NCBI GenBank assembly: GCA_050273025.1
Contig: CP158635.1
Location: forward strand, 23,746,001 to 23,810,000
Direction: 5' to 3'
From: Cenococcum geophilum
Lineage: Eukaryota
Length of the DNA: 64,000 bases
In this document: positions 1 through 13,899 of the stretch, one piece after another
Numbering within the stretch: the first letter of the stretch is position 1
How the letters are laid out: each line of letters opens with the position of its first letter
The notes under the pieces: generated by a model
What the model saw: only the letters and a program-made list of their open reading frames with translations
The model's database searches: none
Told to the model about the DNA's origin: nothing
Translations under genes and position numbers: made by a program

Positions 1-3000
1 AGTCCTTCCAGTACCCGTTGTTCTAAGAAGAATATTAGTAGAAGTGCTAATACTTCTAGGGATAGAGAAGCCAATAATACCGTTAATAATAACGTTAAGA
101 TGGAAGAGGAGGCTTCTGTTGCTGCTGCTGGTGTTTAAGTTATTACCTAGCTCTTTTTTTCTTATAGAATAGCTTTATATAATGCCTCTTGGGTGCCTCT
201 AGGATGCCCTATTATTGGGAATTAACTTTATACTTTAGGGATGCCTTTATTCTAAGCTTTGGTAACAATCCATATAAACGCAGTATACTACTATAATCCC
301 TATATATAATAAACGGGTAATATTCCTATAGGTGCCTTATAATTCCTTAAAATTTCTAATTCTTTATAGGCTGTCCTTTTGCTCCTCTTTATACTATTAA
401 CTCTACTGTATATCTCTAGTGCCAGGCTAAATACTCTTTTTTTATCCCTAGGGGATCTTACTAAATCCCCGAGGCCACTTCTTATGGTACTACTACTTCT
501 TCTTATATAGCGTCTTCTTTAAATAGTATCCTTAGTGGTTCTCCTATAAATCCCTATAGGCTTCCTCTTATAGGATTCTAGGATCCCTATTATAATGGCG
601 AAACGTTTCCGTTCTTAATACCTATACTTAATTCTATGGTTTTAATTTATAGGGTCTTCCCTATTGCTTTACCTGTGGTATATCCGGAACCATTTCTAAG
701 TCTTTACCTTTAGTTCTTAGGAAGGTTTTAATTACGGTGTTGTATCCCAGCTAAAGGTACTCCTTAGGTTTCTAACTGTTATACGCCTAAGAGTATCCTT
801 CCTAATGAACTAAAAATTCGCGCTTTTTCTGGCGCCATCTTTAGTCTAGAATGTCTTCTATATTCCATTCTAGTTCCCTATTAATTTCGCTAGGTAGGGG
901 CGGTTCCGCACTATCTCTTCTCTAGTATAGCTTTAGTAAAGAAACATAAAATATAAGATGTATTAAATAAGATTTCGGTAATTCCAATTCGTAGGCTTAG
1001 TTTTCTTTAGTTTTCTTAACTATTTTAAAGGGTCCGAGCTACCGGTAATCCAGCTTCTTCTTAATGCGTTTTATTTAGATATTTTTTATAAATAGTAAGA
1101 CTTCGTCTCCTATCTCGAATTCTTTTAGCATATATTTTTTGTTATAGTACCTTTTTTATACGGCCTAGGCGTTTAGCAAGTGCTTTTTAAGTTCCTTTCT
1201 ACGAATTCTTATTTGCTTAATTCTTTCGGACGCCGCCGGTGCCTCTCTTTTAGGAACGATGTCCTTAACGTTTTAGGGGTTATTTGCTTTTACCCCAAAT
1301 AATGCTTTATAAGGGGTCATTTTTATACTGCTATAGATGCTTATATTATATACGTGCTACGCCAAAGCTAACTACAATGTCTAATTATCCTGTTAATAAT
1401 TAATATAGTAGCGGAGGTAGTGTTCCAATAACGCATTTAGACGCTCTGTTTACCCGTCTATTTATAGGTAGAAGGCAGTGCTTATTCTTCGCTGTATTTT
1501 TAACAAGAGATAGAATGAAGACTAAAATGCACTGTTAAATACGGTGCCTCTATTAGACATAATTCCCCTTAGCGTGCTAAATGAGAGCCACTGTTCCAAA
1601 AACAGGTCTGCCAGTTCTGCTACTATGATCGTTGTTGTGATAGCAAAGTATCCTAAAAACTTTGTATACCTGTTAACGATTACTAGAATAGCGTTAGTAA
1701 CCTCTTTAGTTCTTATCTTAGTAGGGGGTAAGCCTATAATAAAATCCATTGTTAATTCTAATATAGGTCCCTATAGAATAGGAAGCACTAATAACTTGCT
1801 ATATAGGCGATGCCTGGATATCTATATTCTTTAGCACGTATTACACCTTAATATATAGTCCTTAACCTCTTTAGACATTCCGTCCCAAAAGTATTTCCTT
1901 TAAACGGCCTTAAGGGTTCTATTAGTACCGTAGTAACCCCTAAAAGGGTTATTATAGAAGACCTTTAGAATTTTATCTTAAATCGCTTGGTCCTTTGGAA
2001 TATATATAGCACCCTTAAAGCGCAATAAACCCTTTTAGTCTTGCTGCCACAGCTTCTTAGTAACTCCGGCCAAGTTAATCTCCACTATATCTTTCCACCT
2101 CTCCTTAGAGGCGAAAACGTCCCTTTATTAAGCTTAAAGAAGAAGATCTGGAAAGGTTTCGTGTAGATCGCTTACTTTTATTTTACCTGCCGCCATTATA
2201 AACTTAAGGTATGGCACGAGACGTTTTAAACCATTAGTGCCAGCAGATTCTCCTGCCGTTGTGCAGTATGCCACGCTACGGATAGGCATCTCGCCTATCC
2301 CCCTTAGATCTGAGAACTCGCAGCTAATACGCCGTCAAGTTAAAGGTGCCGCGACACCTCTAGCACATCCCGCAGAATTCTCGCTAATTCTAAGGTACGC
2401 CAACTTTATAACGTCTGCTTGGTCTATAACCTAGTCTATAACTATATCCTACGGCTCCACAATTATATTGCTTTACAGCTACATTACTAGGACCTCTGCC
2501 CTACCGCGAAATTCTATAGTTCTAGGGAAAGAGTCTTCTTTCTTCCTAAGCAAATTTTGCAATATGGGGATTATTTCCCCTGTGCTGTTCTAGATTCTCC
2601 CTATCTTATAATCCGGACGTCTTAATAACCTATTAGCAGGATTTATCTTTCCTAGGCGGTACATAATCTTAAAATCGTACTATAATAGTGCCTCTGCCCA
2701 CCTGGCTTGTTAACCGCTTAACACCTTTATAGTTATAAAGTATTCTAGGTTGTTATAGTCTATAAGGACTTTAATAGGATAATTGCTTCCTATATAATAA
2801 TGTCGCCAGTGCTTTATTACTGCGATTATTGCGAGTAGCTCCTAGTTATGCGTTATATAACGCTGCTCTATAGGGGTTATTTTCCTTAACTAAAACGCCA
2901 CAGGATGCTATTTTCCGTCTTTTAATTAAGATATAATTGCCCCTAGGGTAAAGCCGGATATATCTATTTTAAGGTATATATATAGCTCCTAGTAGAAGTA

Positions 3001-6000
3001 TATTAAGATAGGCGCCGACGTAAATAAATCCTTTAACCGGTTTATAGCCTGCTTAGCAGCTTCCCTAAATATAAAGGGTCCTAACTTCCTACCATTCTTA
3101 GATCCTTTTAGTAGATTAGTAATTAGGAGTATTACTTATAAGTAGTAAACAATGAACGTTTAGTAGAAGTTCGCCGTGCCTAAGAAAACCTATACTTCTC
3201 TAAATGTTATAGGGTAGGGCTATTCCCTAATAGCGTCCACCCGACTTTTCTCTATTAATACTTTATTAATGCTAATAATAAAGCCTAAAAAATTAATGCT
3301 AGTAGTATAGAACGTGCACTTTTTTAGGTTTATATAGAGCTTATATTCCTATAGTCTTTCTAATACTATTTACACGTAGTGCGTATATGCTTTGTAGTCA
3401 TTAAAGTAGACTATAATATTATTAAGGTAGACTATATATATTGTGTCTAACAGGCCTAATAATGCCTTATTAATATAAGCCTGAAATATCGCTAGTGCGT
3501 TAGTAAGCCTAAATAGCATCACTAGGTACTTAAAGTGGCCGTATTATATTTAGAACGCCGTTTTCTATTTATCGCCGGCTTTAATCCGGATTTAATAGTA
3601 TACATCTTTTAGATCTAATTTCGTAAATATCTTTACGCCTAACAGCCTGTTAATAAGCTCCCCTATTAAGGGTAATAGGTAGCAATTCTTTATAGTAATC
3701 TTATTTAGTGCCTAATAGTTAATATAGAGGCAAAGGGTCCTGTCCTTCTTGGGTATAAATATAATCGGCGCCCCTACTAGGCTTATAAAGGGCCAAATCT
3801 ATCCTCTCTAAAGATTGTCTACTATATATTAACGTAGTACTGCCAGCTTATTTTCTAATAGGTTATACAGCGGTCCAAAAGGAGGTTATTTATCCCCTAT
3901 ATCTATCTCGTGCTTAACCAATATAGGGTTAGGTAAGGTTTGTGCAGCCTCTTTACTAGAAATATCCTCTAAGTCTGTATATTTCTGTGGAATCTCTAGT
4001 TCCTTAACTGTGTATAGCCGGATATCCGAAAATAAATATCCCGTATCCCCGTTCTTAGTGTTAAGAGTGGCATATATGGTATATGCCCACCCTTCTTCTT
4101 ACATATAGTTTAAGAAAGTCTCTTAATCTTTAACTATAATACGCGGTTAAGACTTTTAATGTTAATATAAGGCTAAAGGCCAATTAATATCCGGATTAAC
4201 TTGGTAAAGCCATGGGTATCCTAAAACAAGGTTATACCCCTTAATTTCTACGGCATAGAAGCGCATCTCCTGCGTGTCCTATAGACTATCGCGGTCCTGG
4301 CTGGCCACGGAAAAAGCCTGTTCCCCGTAGTATGGAATCTAGTGGCCTCTAATGCTTTAAATGGTGTATATCTGCGAGCCGCTAAGGTCCAAATCTAATT
4401 CTTTTACTAGTAATTAAGAAATAAACCCTATACTCGCGCCGCTGTCCATAAGGCAGTCTCACGTTACCTATTCGTCATTAACTTAAATAAAGACAGGAAT
4501 AACCATGCGGTAGTTTACTCCCTCCTTCTCTTGCTGGCCTAGTGTGAGGGAGTAAAGATCTACTAGGCTGTCTCTTTTCCCGATTAGGCCGACTCTTGCT
4601 TCTTCTGCCGGCAGAAGCGGCTTATGTGGCCCTTCTTGCCGCAGTTATAACAGGTGCGTGTCTCCCGGTTCCCCTCCTGCGGATTAGGTCTCTGCCTATT
4701 GTTATTTTAGGGTTGACCAGCGTTGCTCTGGGGCTGCGAGGCCTGCTCGCGTTGTTGTAAGAGTACATATATTAGATCCCGCCGCGCTTGCGAACAAGTT
4801 CGCAAGCACTTCGTGTCTTTTTGGCCGAATGGCGATGTTGGGGCGGGAAACGTTACAGTTGTCCTTCCGCAGAGCGGTTAGGTCGGAATCTGCCCCTGTT
4901 GTTGAAGCTAGGTCTAGTCCTACGCTCTTTATCGTTGGCGTCTCGTTCCTTTCGCTTGCCTAGATGGTCTCTTTTAGCACTCTCGATCCGAGTAGCTTCA
5001 GAGATAAGCTTTTCTTAAGAGGTAGGAATTTCGCCCTTCTCTTATATGGCCTGTTGAATCTCAGGTTATAGCTTAGCGAGTAGCTAGTAAAGTCGTATAG
5101 CGTCATTTCATAGATCTGAGTAGGGTATATTGTCTTCTAGTTCTTCCAAGTAGTTTACGAACTGGACCATAGTCTGACCATCCCGCTATTTGGCGTTATA
5201 ATATCACTAGTTATAGTCTATCCCTTAATTAGTAGGGTCTTAGACCTAATTAACTAACTAGGTCCTAAGTTCGCTAAATTTAAGGGGTATAGTAAGTTTC
5301 TTCTCGTAGCGTGTCTATAAACTCTTAACGGTGCCATGTAGAAAGGTAGAAGCAATTAGTGTCTAATTATACTTATTAGAGTAACGTTTTGGATCTAGCT
5401 AAAACTTAGTTTTGTATTATTGGATAAAATAATTATAGTTCTAAAGACTATTATTATAGTACTTATTAGGTTCCTTTGTACGGAATTTAGGTTTTTCTAA
5501 CGTTACAGTATAGTATAGCGTTACCCCTTTAAGTCTACTTCGTGTCTGGGGTGTCTATACTTCCCCTAATTGTCCTTATAATTGTTCTTAGTAGTTTTAA
5601 TATGCTTATTTTAATTATATCTCTAACTCCTTTATTTTTTATAGGGTCTTATATAGCAACCGCTCTAATAACTCCCCAGCGGTAATCGTTCCTAAAAGTC
5701 TCGTAAGGTTAAACGGACTAGCCGTGGCTTCTTTATAGGAAGAGGGAATGCGCTCCTCTGGGGAGACTCTTTAAACCTCTTATAGTAAGGGCGTTGCTTC
5801 GTAGGGTACAGGAGTATAGTTTATTATTATTAATTAATAGCCGTACGTTCCTAACGGATTATAAACAATTAGAATTATAAGAGGCTAGCTTAACCGGAAC
5901 GTATAATTATCTAATTAACAGTGTCACTAGTAAGTAGAAGGTAAGTTAAAGGTAAATAAAAGGTAAGTTAAAGGTAGAATAAGTTTTACGTATTAAAGAA

Positions 6001-6253
6001 CAAATGCTTCTAACCACTTCTATTTAGAGACTAATTGCTAGTTCTTCTCTAAAGGAGAACCAGCTCCCTATATGATCTTTCTAAGACGCCAGCAAAACCC
6101 TTTGCCCCTTATCTATCTGACCGTGTCTTCTAGGACGTAGATAAAATATAGGTGAGACCTCCTTCTGGAACATAGATGAGACCTCCTTCTGGAACATAGA
6201 TAAGACCTCCTTCTGTTTTATCTGATATGTACCTTCTAGGGAATTCCGTTACA
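1..6253 (-). mobile_element. RIP-degraded Ty3/Gypsy chromovirus-type LTR retrotransposon (element 1); 3' end lies outside the window
   Basis: Minus strand shows a gag zinc knuckle CYNCGKKGHISRFC (~4610-4655), a protease-like region (~4200-4470), RT/RNase H remnants (~2650-3950), an integrase fragment MDFIIGLP...ILVIVNRYTK (ORF 1522-1749) and a chromodomain-like segment (~750-870). Many TAA/TAG stops typical of RIP. Confidence 0.9.
5876..6253 (-). repeat. Probable 5' LTR of element 1
   Basis: Minus strand starts TGTAACGG at 6253, directly upstream of gag, and contains a ~24-bp tandem repeat (gagacctccttctggaacatagat, ~6154-6215). Inner boundary is approximate because the partner LTR is outside the window. 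Confidence 0.6.
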
Positions 6254-6271
6254 CTAGCTAAGCCTTCTAAA

Positions 6272-6481
6272 TATAACGGCGCTATCGCACGTTACCTGCC
6301 AAATCCTGCCATATTCTACTAACTTGTAATTGGCCCGCCTAAAGCTAGCGCCTTAGCGGCTCACCCTATATTTTTATTTACATCGGTCCTAGCAACCCCT
6401 TTTCCTTCTCTTTAGCTTAGTATCTTTATAATATAGCATTCTATAAGCTTTAGTTTAGAGGCATTTATACGAGCTATAACA
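6272..6481 (+). repeat. 5' LTR of element 2
   Basis: Colinear with 22842-23051; differences seen are transitions. Confidence 0.95.
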
Positions 6482-9400
6482 TTATACTAAGCTTACCCTA
6501 TACTGCCTAGAAAGGCCTTAATAATATCCTACCCTAAAAAAAACTTTATCTGCAATAACGCGTTAATATATTATACTTAGACACTAAAATAACTCTATAC
6601 TACCTAAAAAGGCCTTAATAATATCCTACTTTATAAGCCAGATAGGACTAAACCTGTACCCCTAGAATTAAAACTAAAGTATATAATACTGATAAACCCT
6701 AAAAAGCTAATAATAGCACCTAAAGCTAGCTTATTTAAGAGAGCTACTTTTACCTAAGAAGAACCTAAGATCTAATTAGGATTAGAAATTAAAGATAATA
6801 ATAATATTATAGACGTACGTAAGCAGATTTATACCCTTATAGCTAGCCAGAAAGCCAATTATCTTAAGGTAAGAAATATATAAGAGACCCTATAAGAGAT
6901 TCTAGAAAGCCTTACGGCCCTATAAAATAGCCTAGCTTCCCCTTTTTAAAGCCTTAGCTAACCTATTTACTCTACTAAATATAATATACTAGGGAGTACG
7001 GATATAATAATAAAGTAATTAAAGTTTATTAAGCTCCCTAACCCCTAACTACTATCTAACAAAATAGACACTACTTTTAAGAATTAAAGGATTTAAGTAT
7101 AAGGAAAGCTCTATATTAACTACAACTATTTCCTTTCTAAAGAAGCTAAAATACTCTACCTCTTTAGTTAAACCACTAGGGACGCCTAATGGCACCTTTA
7201 AGCTAAGTTTAAGGACAATTCCCCTGTCTAATTTATATCTATTAATAAGATAATATAGTATCTAGCAGCTATCTATATTAACCTAAATAAAGTATAGAAT
7301 GCCTAGTATAATTATACTCGCCTAATAAAAAAACTAAACTAGCCCTTTACTAAATTCTAAACTTAATTCCTATACCTTATAGGAGAAGGCTAGGTTCCCC
7401 TTAAGAACTACTAATTAAACCTATATAATAAGCTAATAATCTAGCTATAAAAGAAGATCACTATAACCTTAAATAACCTTTTAATGTATAACAGACTTAT
7501 AACTTATTACCTATTATTAGACTTAGAACTAAAGCAAATTAACGCCTACCCTAATCGGTAGAAGCAACCCTAGAATAATTAAAACTTATTAGTTATACCT
7601 ATAGGAGCTAGAGTAGGAAGATAAGCTATAACTACTTTTATACTAAAAGCGGTTATATCTACGCATCGGCGAGCCTCGCCTAACTAGCTATATACCACAC
7701 CCCTAACTAGTACTTATTGCAATACCCTAATTAACCCTACCTTAGCTACGTGCTATAACTGCGATAAGGAGGGTTATTTTATCTTATCTTACTTAGAGCT
7801 AAGGGATATAGGTAATATTAAGGAGTTAAAGGAAGGAAAAATGTCCAATAAGTTAGGAAAAGAAGAACCTTAGGAAAAGACTTCCCCCTAGGGTATCCTA
7901 TTAATCTTAAAGAGATTAATCTTAGTTAGTTAATAGGTAGAAAGTATTTTACTATTTTATATATAGTATCTTAAAATGGATATAGAGTAAATATAACCGC
8001 CCTTATTAATACTGGAGCAAATAGCTTCGCCTTTATAAATACTGTCTATATAAATAATATTGCTAAATTTCTAAATGTAAAAGCCACCTAATTAAAGAAG
8101 CCTATTTAAGTAAAAGGCTATAACGGCTAAGCCGGTTAGCCAGTTACTTATATCTTAAAGTTATATATTACTCTTAACAAATAATGCTAATATAGTATCT
8201 CTTTTTATATCCTAGACCTAGGTTCCTATAATATAATTCTTAACTAAAAATAGATATCCTATTTTAATATTTGGCTAAATATATAATAAAGACAATTTAT
8301 CTAGCCGGAGAATAGACTGAAACTACCCTCCTTTATTAGGGAAATCCAAACTAATTATAAAACACTAGCTGTAAAGGCTAATTTTACCTACTAGTAGGAT
8401 GTCCGGGTCCGTAACCTAGCCTTTGCTTAAAAAGACGCCCGCTATAAAGCTAAAAAGAACTCCGTACTAATAAAGATACTCTCCTAAAGCGCTACGTTTA
8501 AAGAGGACTCTATATACGGAAGCGGGGTAGATAGTAATATAGACGATGTCTAAATTGCGCAGATCTAACTAGTATAGAAAAGAATATATTAATAGGATAT
8601 AAGAGATAACCTCTAAAAGATGCAATAGGAGCTAAAAGGAGTAATAATAACGCTAGTACCCTAGAAGCCCCTAAGATTATATACGCCCCTATTATTATAT
8701 AAACCCCATATAGTAGATATCGCCGTAATTAGCGCTATAGCGTTCTACTTTAATATATACTAGAAGGACAATAAGGTCTTTATAACGAGCCTATATAAGA
8801 TTAACTAAATTATTAATAATAGGGAGGAAAAGCTAGCTAAAAAAAACCGATAAGGAACTAGTTAAACGCCTTCTTTTTACTATTTATATAGATTATAAGG
8901 ATGCATTCTTAAAAGCGGCCTCTAATAAGTTACCCCCTTACCAGATGTATAATTATAAGATTTAATTAGAAGCCAATAACTTGCTAGGCCATAGTCCCCT
9001 CTACTAATAATTAATAGATAAGCTAAAAGCAATAAAGCAGTACTTAATTAATAACTTAGATAAAGGGTTTATTAAGCTAAGTTAAGCCTCTTTTACTTGC
9101 CCTATTCTATTTATAAAAAAGCCTAATAAAGGCCTTTGTTTTTATATTAACTATTAAAAGCTAAATACTATTACTTAAAAGGACTAGTATCCTATTTCTT
9201 TAATTAATAAGACCCTTATACGTCTAAGCTAGGTAAAGATCTTTACTAAACTTAATATCCGCTAAGCTTTTTACTAAATTAGGATAGACCCTATATCTAA
9301 AGATTTAACAATATTACGTACCTATTATAGTTCCTATAAATATAAAGTTCTTCCTTTTAGACTAATAAACGGACTAGCTACGTACTAAAGGTATATAAAT

Positions 9401-10193
9401 AACGTTCTTTTTAATAACCTTAATAAATTCTGCACGGTATACCTAGATAACATTTTTATATACTTAGACGATGAACTTAAGTATTAAGTTTATATTAAGA
9501 AGGTTTTAGAGAGACTATAAAACGCGGGCTTATAAGTTAATATTAAGAAATACGAGTTTAGGATAAAACGTATAAAATACCTTAGGTTTATTATAACTAT
9601 AGAAGAAATTAAGGTTAACCCTAAGAAGGTAGAGGTAATCTGTAACTAAAAGCCCCCTTATATAGTAAAAGGGATCTAATTCTTCCTCAGCTTTTATAAC
9701 TTCTATTACCGGTTTATTCGTAACTATAGAATTATAGTAAAACCTCTTATATAACTAACTAGGAAGGATACGCCTTTTATTTTTAATAATAACTATATAG
9801 AGGCCTTTAAAGAGATAAAGGATTAGCTTACCTCTTCCCTAATTCTTTATTACTATAGCCTAGACCTTAAATTAATGCTAGAAACGGACGCTTTTAATAG
9901 GGTTATAGCAGGAATCCTATTATAGTTATATCTAGACGGTAAATAGTACCTTATTACCTTCTTTTTAAAAATAATAGACCTAGCTAAGTATAACTATAAA
10001 GTATATAATAAAGAAATGCTAGCTATTATTTAATTACTTTCCTAATAGCGCGTAGAGCTTAAAGGTATAAACTCCCGGATTAAGATATATATAGATTATA
10101 AAGCCCTAGAGTACTTTATAACTATAAAGCAGCTTATAGGATAATAAGCCTAATAGGCTAAAATACTCTCTTAATTCTTCTTTACGATTATAT

Positions 10194-10457
10194 TGTAGTG
10201 GCGTACGCGGTCCCTCTTAGATAGGAAGTTATAGTGCTGTTAAGTCGGTTGGATGTAATTAGTTAGTAGAAGTTAGTAAGAAAACAATTAGTAAGAAGAG
10301 AAGAAAAGAGCGTATTCTGTGTGTCCGTTATACCTATTTAAGTTATTAAAGACTTTAGGGCTATGGACTAATCTATATATTTATAGAAGGCCTATGCACT
10401 CCCTAGACTATACCTAATCTAGATATTGAATCTAGTGGGCCAATTTACCCTACTATA
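10194..10457 (-). repeat. 3' LTR of element 3
   Basis: Colinear with 20520-20783; adjacent to the minus-strand polypurine tract. Confidence 0.93.
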
Positions 10458-10572
10458 TACCTCCTCTACCTAAGTTATTGTCCCCTAACGACTTCTAAAA
10501 CTCTAAAACTCCCTACCTTTAAAATAAAGGCGTAGTAGGTGACCGTATACGTTCCTTGCCATTACTATAAAC

Positions 10573-13341
10573 CTAAGATGGTAAATAAGGAGACTCCGTT
10601 CTGGTTAAATGAGACCGCTTATATCCGCCTGGCGGGGCAGCATAAGAGGTATTAGATTGGTGGCTTTTAGATAATATAGCTCTTTTACGTCCTTCTATTT
10701 GCTTAGTTCTGTTTTATAGTTCTTTAGGTAGCTCCATATAGCTCTGTCCTTCTATAATAACTAGGGGCACTCTACTTAGGTCTACTGCAATAATTAAAGG
10801 ATTTATTTTATTGTTAATGCAGTAGAAGTATAAGCGGCTATTAAAGCGCTCTATTTCGGCTGTATATATAAGCTAAAATGCATCCTTATAGTTTTTAACA
10901 GCCCTAAGATAGTAGGAATGTATCTATTTCCTAACTTTATTCCTATTACCATTAAGAAGAAAGTTATAATCTTAAATTACTGCCGGAGAATCCCATTACT
11001 GTCTACCTAGAAGAGCGTTAGATAAGGCGCTGGCAGTTATAAGTTTAACTATAGTAGGGAAGTGGTATAGGATTGCGCTGTAAAGATTGGTATATCTGGA
11101 TAGCATATAGGGCGGTGCTTTTAAGTCTTAGTGTGTATCTGCTAGCTCTGCCTAGGTTCCTCCTTCTATAACCTTAAGGTTGTTATAATCGTCCTAAATG
11201 CTAATAAACTATAGTAGTATCGTTTACTAGGTCCTAGTTAAAGGTCCTTTTGCTTTATAAGGAAGGTAAGGTATAGTTATATATATATCTCCTTTCTTAT
11301 ATGGCTAAGCTACCTAGTTAGTCGCATATTTCTCTACGTCCTTAGTAGTCCAGTTATAGTCTAAGATTTTATATATAAATCCGTTGCCCTTAGTTAATCC
11401 TTATGCTTTAAGATCTGCCTACTATAATTTTAAGTGATAATGCATACCAGGTAGGATAATTGTGCAGTTATCCTTAGTTTTATTATCTAGAGAAACGCTT
11501 CCTTAGATTATATTAGTATTATATTTACTTTTAAGGAGTAAGGGAATATTAATATTAATATAGCGGAACGCTATAGAGTCTTCTTTAACTGCGAATTTTA
11601 TATAATAGGGGTAGGAAATGAGTTGTTACTAACTATTAGGCCTAAGAGCGTAATAGAAATAATAATACTAAGGATCTTATCTTATTAGCTGTTAGTAGAG
11701 ACTATAGACTATTGTTTTTAACTAGCTATAATTTAGCTACCTATTAATTAGACGCTGATAATGGCGGTATATACGTATTTTCTTATTAATTACTATTAAG
11801 ATGCTAGAATCCCACTATTATCTAAATACGTTTAAAATTACGGATCCTTCTCTCTACTATACTTCTTAGTCTTCTAGTAATATTATCTAATTAAGTAAAG
11901 TCTCTCTATTGTAGGAAAACCTTAGCGCTAAGTTATAAATGAACTTATATAGTCCTAAGGAATTGAATAGAACTAGAGGTTTATAAGCCTTTCTAAACTA
12001 AGAGTATGTGGTAGAATCGGTCTTTAGAGCGCTAAGGTGGTTATAAGCGTAATATATTAAACGGAGTCTGTAATATAGTGCGGTATAGTTTAGTCCTTTT
12101 ATTGCTTAAGTATATATCTAGCAGACCTTATATATTTCTGGATTAGAACTAGCCGCTCTATACTAGCTATATAAGAGCTTTATAACCTCTATTAGTTTAA
12201 TTTTAGTAGTTTAATTTAGGGATACCTTAAGATGCGCTAGTATGTTATCCTTATAGTTATATTCTTGTTTTATATAGAGTACCGCTATAGTATCTGCAGC
12301 CTCCTTAATATACTTTATATTATCTCCCGGCTTAATAATATTTTTATTAAATATTAATTTTACTTTTAGCCCTCCTACTTTTAGGTAAGCAATTATTAGC
12401 CCCCTTTTTAGATTTCTTCTTAATAAAGATACTAGTAGCTATAGGGGCGAGCTAATAGGCGTTCTAGCTATAAGAATACTTTTATTTATAGATAATAAAG
12501 GCGAGTTAACTAATATAGGCGATTCTTGTTAGGACGGACTTGGTATAATGCTAACGCCTTTTTCTTAAATAGGTGTTAATGGCTAAAAGGCTAAAGGATT
12601 TATTACGTTAGAAGTATACCGTAAATATATTTATAGTGCGAGAGCTAAGCTCTCTCCTGCTTGTTTAATTCTAATATTAGTAGCCTCTAATCTTATAGTA
12701 GTTAGTTTCCTACTTTTTAGTAGTAGGTCCTTATTTAGAATAAGGAAGCTAGTTAAGTATCTTCCTAAACTATACTTATTTACTACCTAGTTTAATATTG
12801 CCCTTCTTAATATCTTAGACGCGAGCGTAAAATTGGTTAGCTATAGCCAAGTAGTGTTCTTAATGCTACGTCCTAGATATTTGAGCCTATTAATTAGAGC
12901 TTTATTAACTCTTGCTATAACTTTAAGAAGTGGGTGGATTGCAAGTTTTTAGATGGCGGAGAGAAAGTTATAGAAGACTGCGTATTTTAGCGGTCTATTA
13001 AGAATATCTTATCCCTAGGCCTTTTAGATAGTTTCTCTAGCTTTATTATAATAGTTTCTCTAATCTTTAGCTATTTTACTAACGTTAGAGATGTCCTTAA
13101 AGATTAATATAAATGCGTCCTTTTCTAGAGATACTTATAGTCTATTATCTTAGTTAATAAAATTAACTATTATACTAGCCGTATCTGCGTAGTTTTCTTA
13201 TAAGAGCAAAATCTTGTTATAGATTTGGATAAGCACTACTTAACGCTAATTAACTATAAAGCCTCTAACTTTTACTAGGACGTTACTAATCTATTATTTA
13301 GCTCCTTTATAAAGGACTAGTGGTTTACTAGATAAAGATAT
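10573..13341 (-). pseudogene. RIP-inactivated extra ORF of element 3 with a C-terminal PhyH-like Fe(II)/2-oxoglutarate dioxygenase domain
   Basis: One minus-strand frame reads as protein-like, with TAA/TAG stops. Literal translation includes FRYININI (11545-11568), II*GSVSLDN, IILPGMH (PGMH 11440-11451), PYKKGDIY, PYLPYKA (Y at 11257-11259) and TRT**T. Reverting transitions gives FRHIDINI, IQGSVSLDD, PCKKGDI, PHLPHGA and T(R/Q)RT. ORF ends are approximate. Confidence 0.75.
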
Positions 13342-13899
13342 AATAAGTATCCTATTGTTTTTAATTCTGCTTGGTTTATACTTTAGCTAATTATAACTAT
13401 TTAAGGTTTATTAAGGGTAAAAAGGTAAATTTTTAAATAGGGTTTCCTAATTTAAATAGTTTACTAAATTTAAGTAGAGGTGTAGAGTTCTGCCGGCTTT
13501 AATTGTTAAATAAACTAATTATAATTTTCTATACCCGGTATAGAAAATCGCTATTAGCTTAGTAAAAGTGGTGAGCAGAGCTAACATCTTTACAGTAAAT
13601 AATACTAGATAGTTGTGTGTAAATATTCTTCTGCCCTTACCTTACTATTAATATATATTAGATTTCTAACTAAAAAGCAAATAAGAATGCGTAATAGAAA
13701 GAGCTTTAGGAAATATAGTAAATAAACGGATTGCACGGCTGTTATCTATATCCCCTTTCTTACCTTAGAACTTAACTGTTCCCTAGTTAAATATTTTGTA
13801 CTTAGTTCTGTTAAATAATCTTTTAGAATACGCATTTCTTAAACTACGCGGCGTTATAATACTGGTGGATTTTATATGTCTTTCTTAGGCTTTAGTTTT

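Noticed and set aside
6154..6215. 24-bp direct repeats resembling a CRISPR array
   Set aside because: Head-to-tail tandem with no spacers, inside a fungal LTR.
10573..13341. Extra ORF as a retroviral env or a TET/JBP or AlkB enzyme
   Set aside because: No convincing signal peptide or fusion-protein pattern; motif spacing (IQGSVSLD, PGMH, GD...H) fits PhyH-like better. A profile search is needed to settle the family.
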